A stretch of DNA of 64,000 bases from Haliotis cracherodii (Eukaryota). The DNA lies in assembly GCF_022045235.1 (NCBI RefSeq), contig NW_027266286.1, forward strand, positions 38,998,001 to 39,062,000. The letters are read 5' to 3'. Every line of letters begins with the position of its first letter. Position 1 is the first letter of the stretch. Below, in pieces: positions 61,841 to 64,000 of this stretch. Position numbers and translations under genes: made by a program. The notes under the pieces were generated by a model. It was given only the letters and a program-made list of their open reading frames with translations, was not told where the DNA came from and did not search any database.

Positions 61841-63835
61841 TTAAAGTTTGCGTTTCTTTCTACGAAAGATCTTCGTAGCTTGTTTAACAGTATTGTTGAC
61901 GTCTGCGTGTAGATTCAACAGCATCAGGTTGTTTATCCGTTGTTGGGAAAGACGATTGCGACTGGCAGAGTGTATCCTGTTTTGCAAACTGAATCCACGT
62001 TCAGCATCAACGTTGCTAAATGGGATAGCAAGTGCTATGGAGCACAGAGTAGAAAAGTCGGGATAAATATCTGAAAGTTCAGAAATCACTGTCTTGCAAC
62101 TTTGTTTGAACGAGTCGGCTCCTATATTGTTGACCGCCATCTTGAAAGGTGTGAAGTCCTGCTGCGCCCGGATGCGATTGATGACGTCATTTTCAGCTGG
62201 ACCAATCAGGAGGCAGAATTTGTCCAGTAATTTCTCGAGGGATTCCCATCCGTGAGCTGTCAGTTCCTCTTGCATTTGGGGAAATGGATTTGGGTTGAGC
62301 ACTTTGTCGAGACAAGTAACGATATCAAGCGAGTCATCTGGATATCTTTTTCTCAGAGAGTTACAGAGTTCCTCGATAAACCCACAACGGGTTTTCACAA
62401 ACGCACCAATAGATTGCGGGTCCCCATGTGACCTGAATTCCACGAAATTCCCCGTTGTTCAGATTATCCAAGAAATGCTGTTCATTTTCACCAGCGGTGT
62501 TTTCTAGACTGGTAAGGGAGTCAATCGTAGAATTCACGTCACGTCAGTCATCATGTAAGTAAGTCGGATAAAGGAGTACGTGCGAATATTCTTGTGAATA
62601 TTCGTGGCAACAGCGTTGTTTCGCTCGGCAGATTCCTCTTCAATTTCGAGAACAAGAGCTGGCCAGTTAGATTTCACTGTTTTGACCGCCCGTCCCACGG
62701 AAAGCCAACGAACACTGCACGGTTGTTTTAAACTTGAAAAGTCCGAATCTTCAAGGACCTCTGAAAGTTCTCGCAATCTGTTGTATCGCGTCGCTGGATA
62801 TTCAATGTCCTTCTATATTCCGCTACGACCTTTGAAATTTTCGCTGCATCGGCTGAAGCAAGTGCGACACGATGGGCTATGCAATGAACGTGCACAAGAT
62901 ATGAATTATGATCCTGCAACCTCTTCCCAACTCCTGAGAGTTTCCCGGTCATAACAGACTCACCATCCGATCCTAGACCGACCACTTTTTCCAGAGGAAT
63001 GTTCCATTGAGGCAAAATTTCTACAATTTTTTCCATGATACATTCGGCTGTTCCACTATGAACTGAAAAAATTCCTAAAACACTGCTACTGCCTTTCCGT
63101 TGTTAACGATTTTCACAAACAATATAAGGTTTTTTTCAACTGTGATATTAACAGTCTCATCGAGTCCAATAAACTTGCTTTTTTCAAGTTTAGGTTTTAA
63201 ATTTTCTTTAGTACTCACAACTAGTGCATTCTCCATCGCGTCTATCGAGTCTGAACGAGTGTACGTTTCTCCCTGTAAATGTTCACATCCGTTCCGCTGC
63301 TGCAGTTCGATTAGTTTAGAAAACTTGGAGGTAGCAATATTTTCTTGAGACATGAATAAAACTGTGTATAACATTGCTGTTTATTTCTCGTCAGTTTTGT
63401 CTGCTGCCACCTCCATATGCGCTGCCATTGCATTTTTTTATACATGGTTGTAACGGCCTGATGATGAGAGGCGCTGTCTCTATGATCTTTCAAAGCAGAT
63501 TTCTTGAGATTTATACAACCTTTAGTGAAACCGTTAGATTTATTTGCTGCCTCGCAGATTCTGCAAAACATTATGGTTTTGTCGCCCTCCTCCTCAAAAC
63601 GTAGCCACTTGAATTCATTCGACCACTCCGCATTAAACTTTCGCAATACAGATTTCTTTTTCTTTTTCGAGTGTGGTTCGCTAGGCATTGTGTCCGAAGA
63701 TTTCGAGGTCGAGGGAGTTGGCATGTTTAATTCAATACATTCGCTCGCGTCAGCCGCATGTTTCCGTTTCAGATTAGCATTAGACGACTCCCCTCAAAAG
63801 AAAGTGGAAAGATTCGTCTGCTTCGCCTTCAACAT
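61841..63835 (-). pseudogene. hAT-superfamily transposase relic (ZNF862/C17orf113-like), several frameshifts and stops
   Basis: ATG 63835 (MLKAKQTNLSTFF*), TTF-type Zn finger (W..EFKWL..FCRIC..H..S..H), GLDET, GSDG, HCIAH, VRWLS, AERGFS dimerization motif; TIRs not identified. Confidence 0.9.
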
Positions 63836-64000
63836 TTTTCATCTCGTGCCACGAGGCGTCATAGATCACGTGATTACCAACATCATCTATCAAGACAATA
63901 TTATCCAATCAGAGCGAAGCACGTTAATTGGTGTGGGATAGTCATGCTATTAATAGATGGGGGTTTCCCTGGAATGCAAGACAGACGCTTGCGTTTCTGT

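Noticed and set aside
61593-63971. CAGGG..CCCTG as hAT termini
   Set aside because: Match is only 5 bp and no 8-bp TSD flanks it

Overview
Eukaryotic (invertebrate metazoan, probably molluscan, inferred from repeat families) AT-rich genomic DNA; no prokaryotic operon, rRNA, true tRNA gene or CRISPR array is evident. Host genes: (1) first two coding exons of a minus-strand gene of uncertain family (4003-3874, 610-561) running off the left edge; (2) an intact DUSP14/18/21-like dual-specificity phosphatase (23421-24119, HCVAGVSRS) with a Gly/Ser/Tyr/Arg tail; (3) a co-oriented 425+ aa DSP-fold probable pseudophosphatase (41410-42687) whose HC motif reads YS; (4) the last coding exon and 3'UTR exon of a TMEM216/TMEM80-like gene (minus, missed by the ORF track). 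The rest is repeat-rich: four Tc1 (DD34E) relics, pogo-like MITEs, a 2.66-kb P/Galileo-like non-autonomous element, a degraded hAT transposase, Helentron/HINE-like elements, an I/Nimb-type LINE relic, three short retroposon families, a 2.1-kb mosaic of inverted modules and about nine minisatellites. Best leads: a putatively structured 5' RNA head shared by the LINE and a short non-tRNA retroposon, and the active/pseudo DUSP tandem pair. All family calls come from motif recognition, not database searches.
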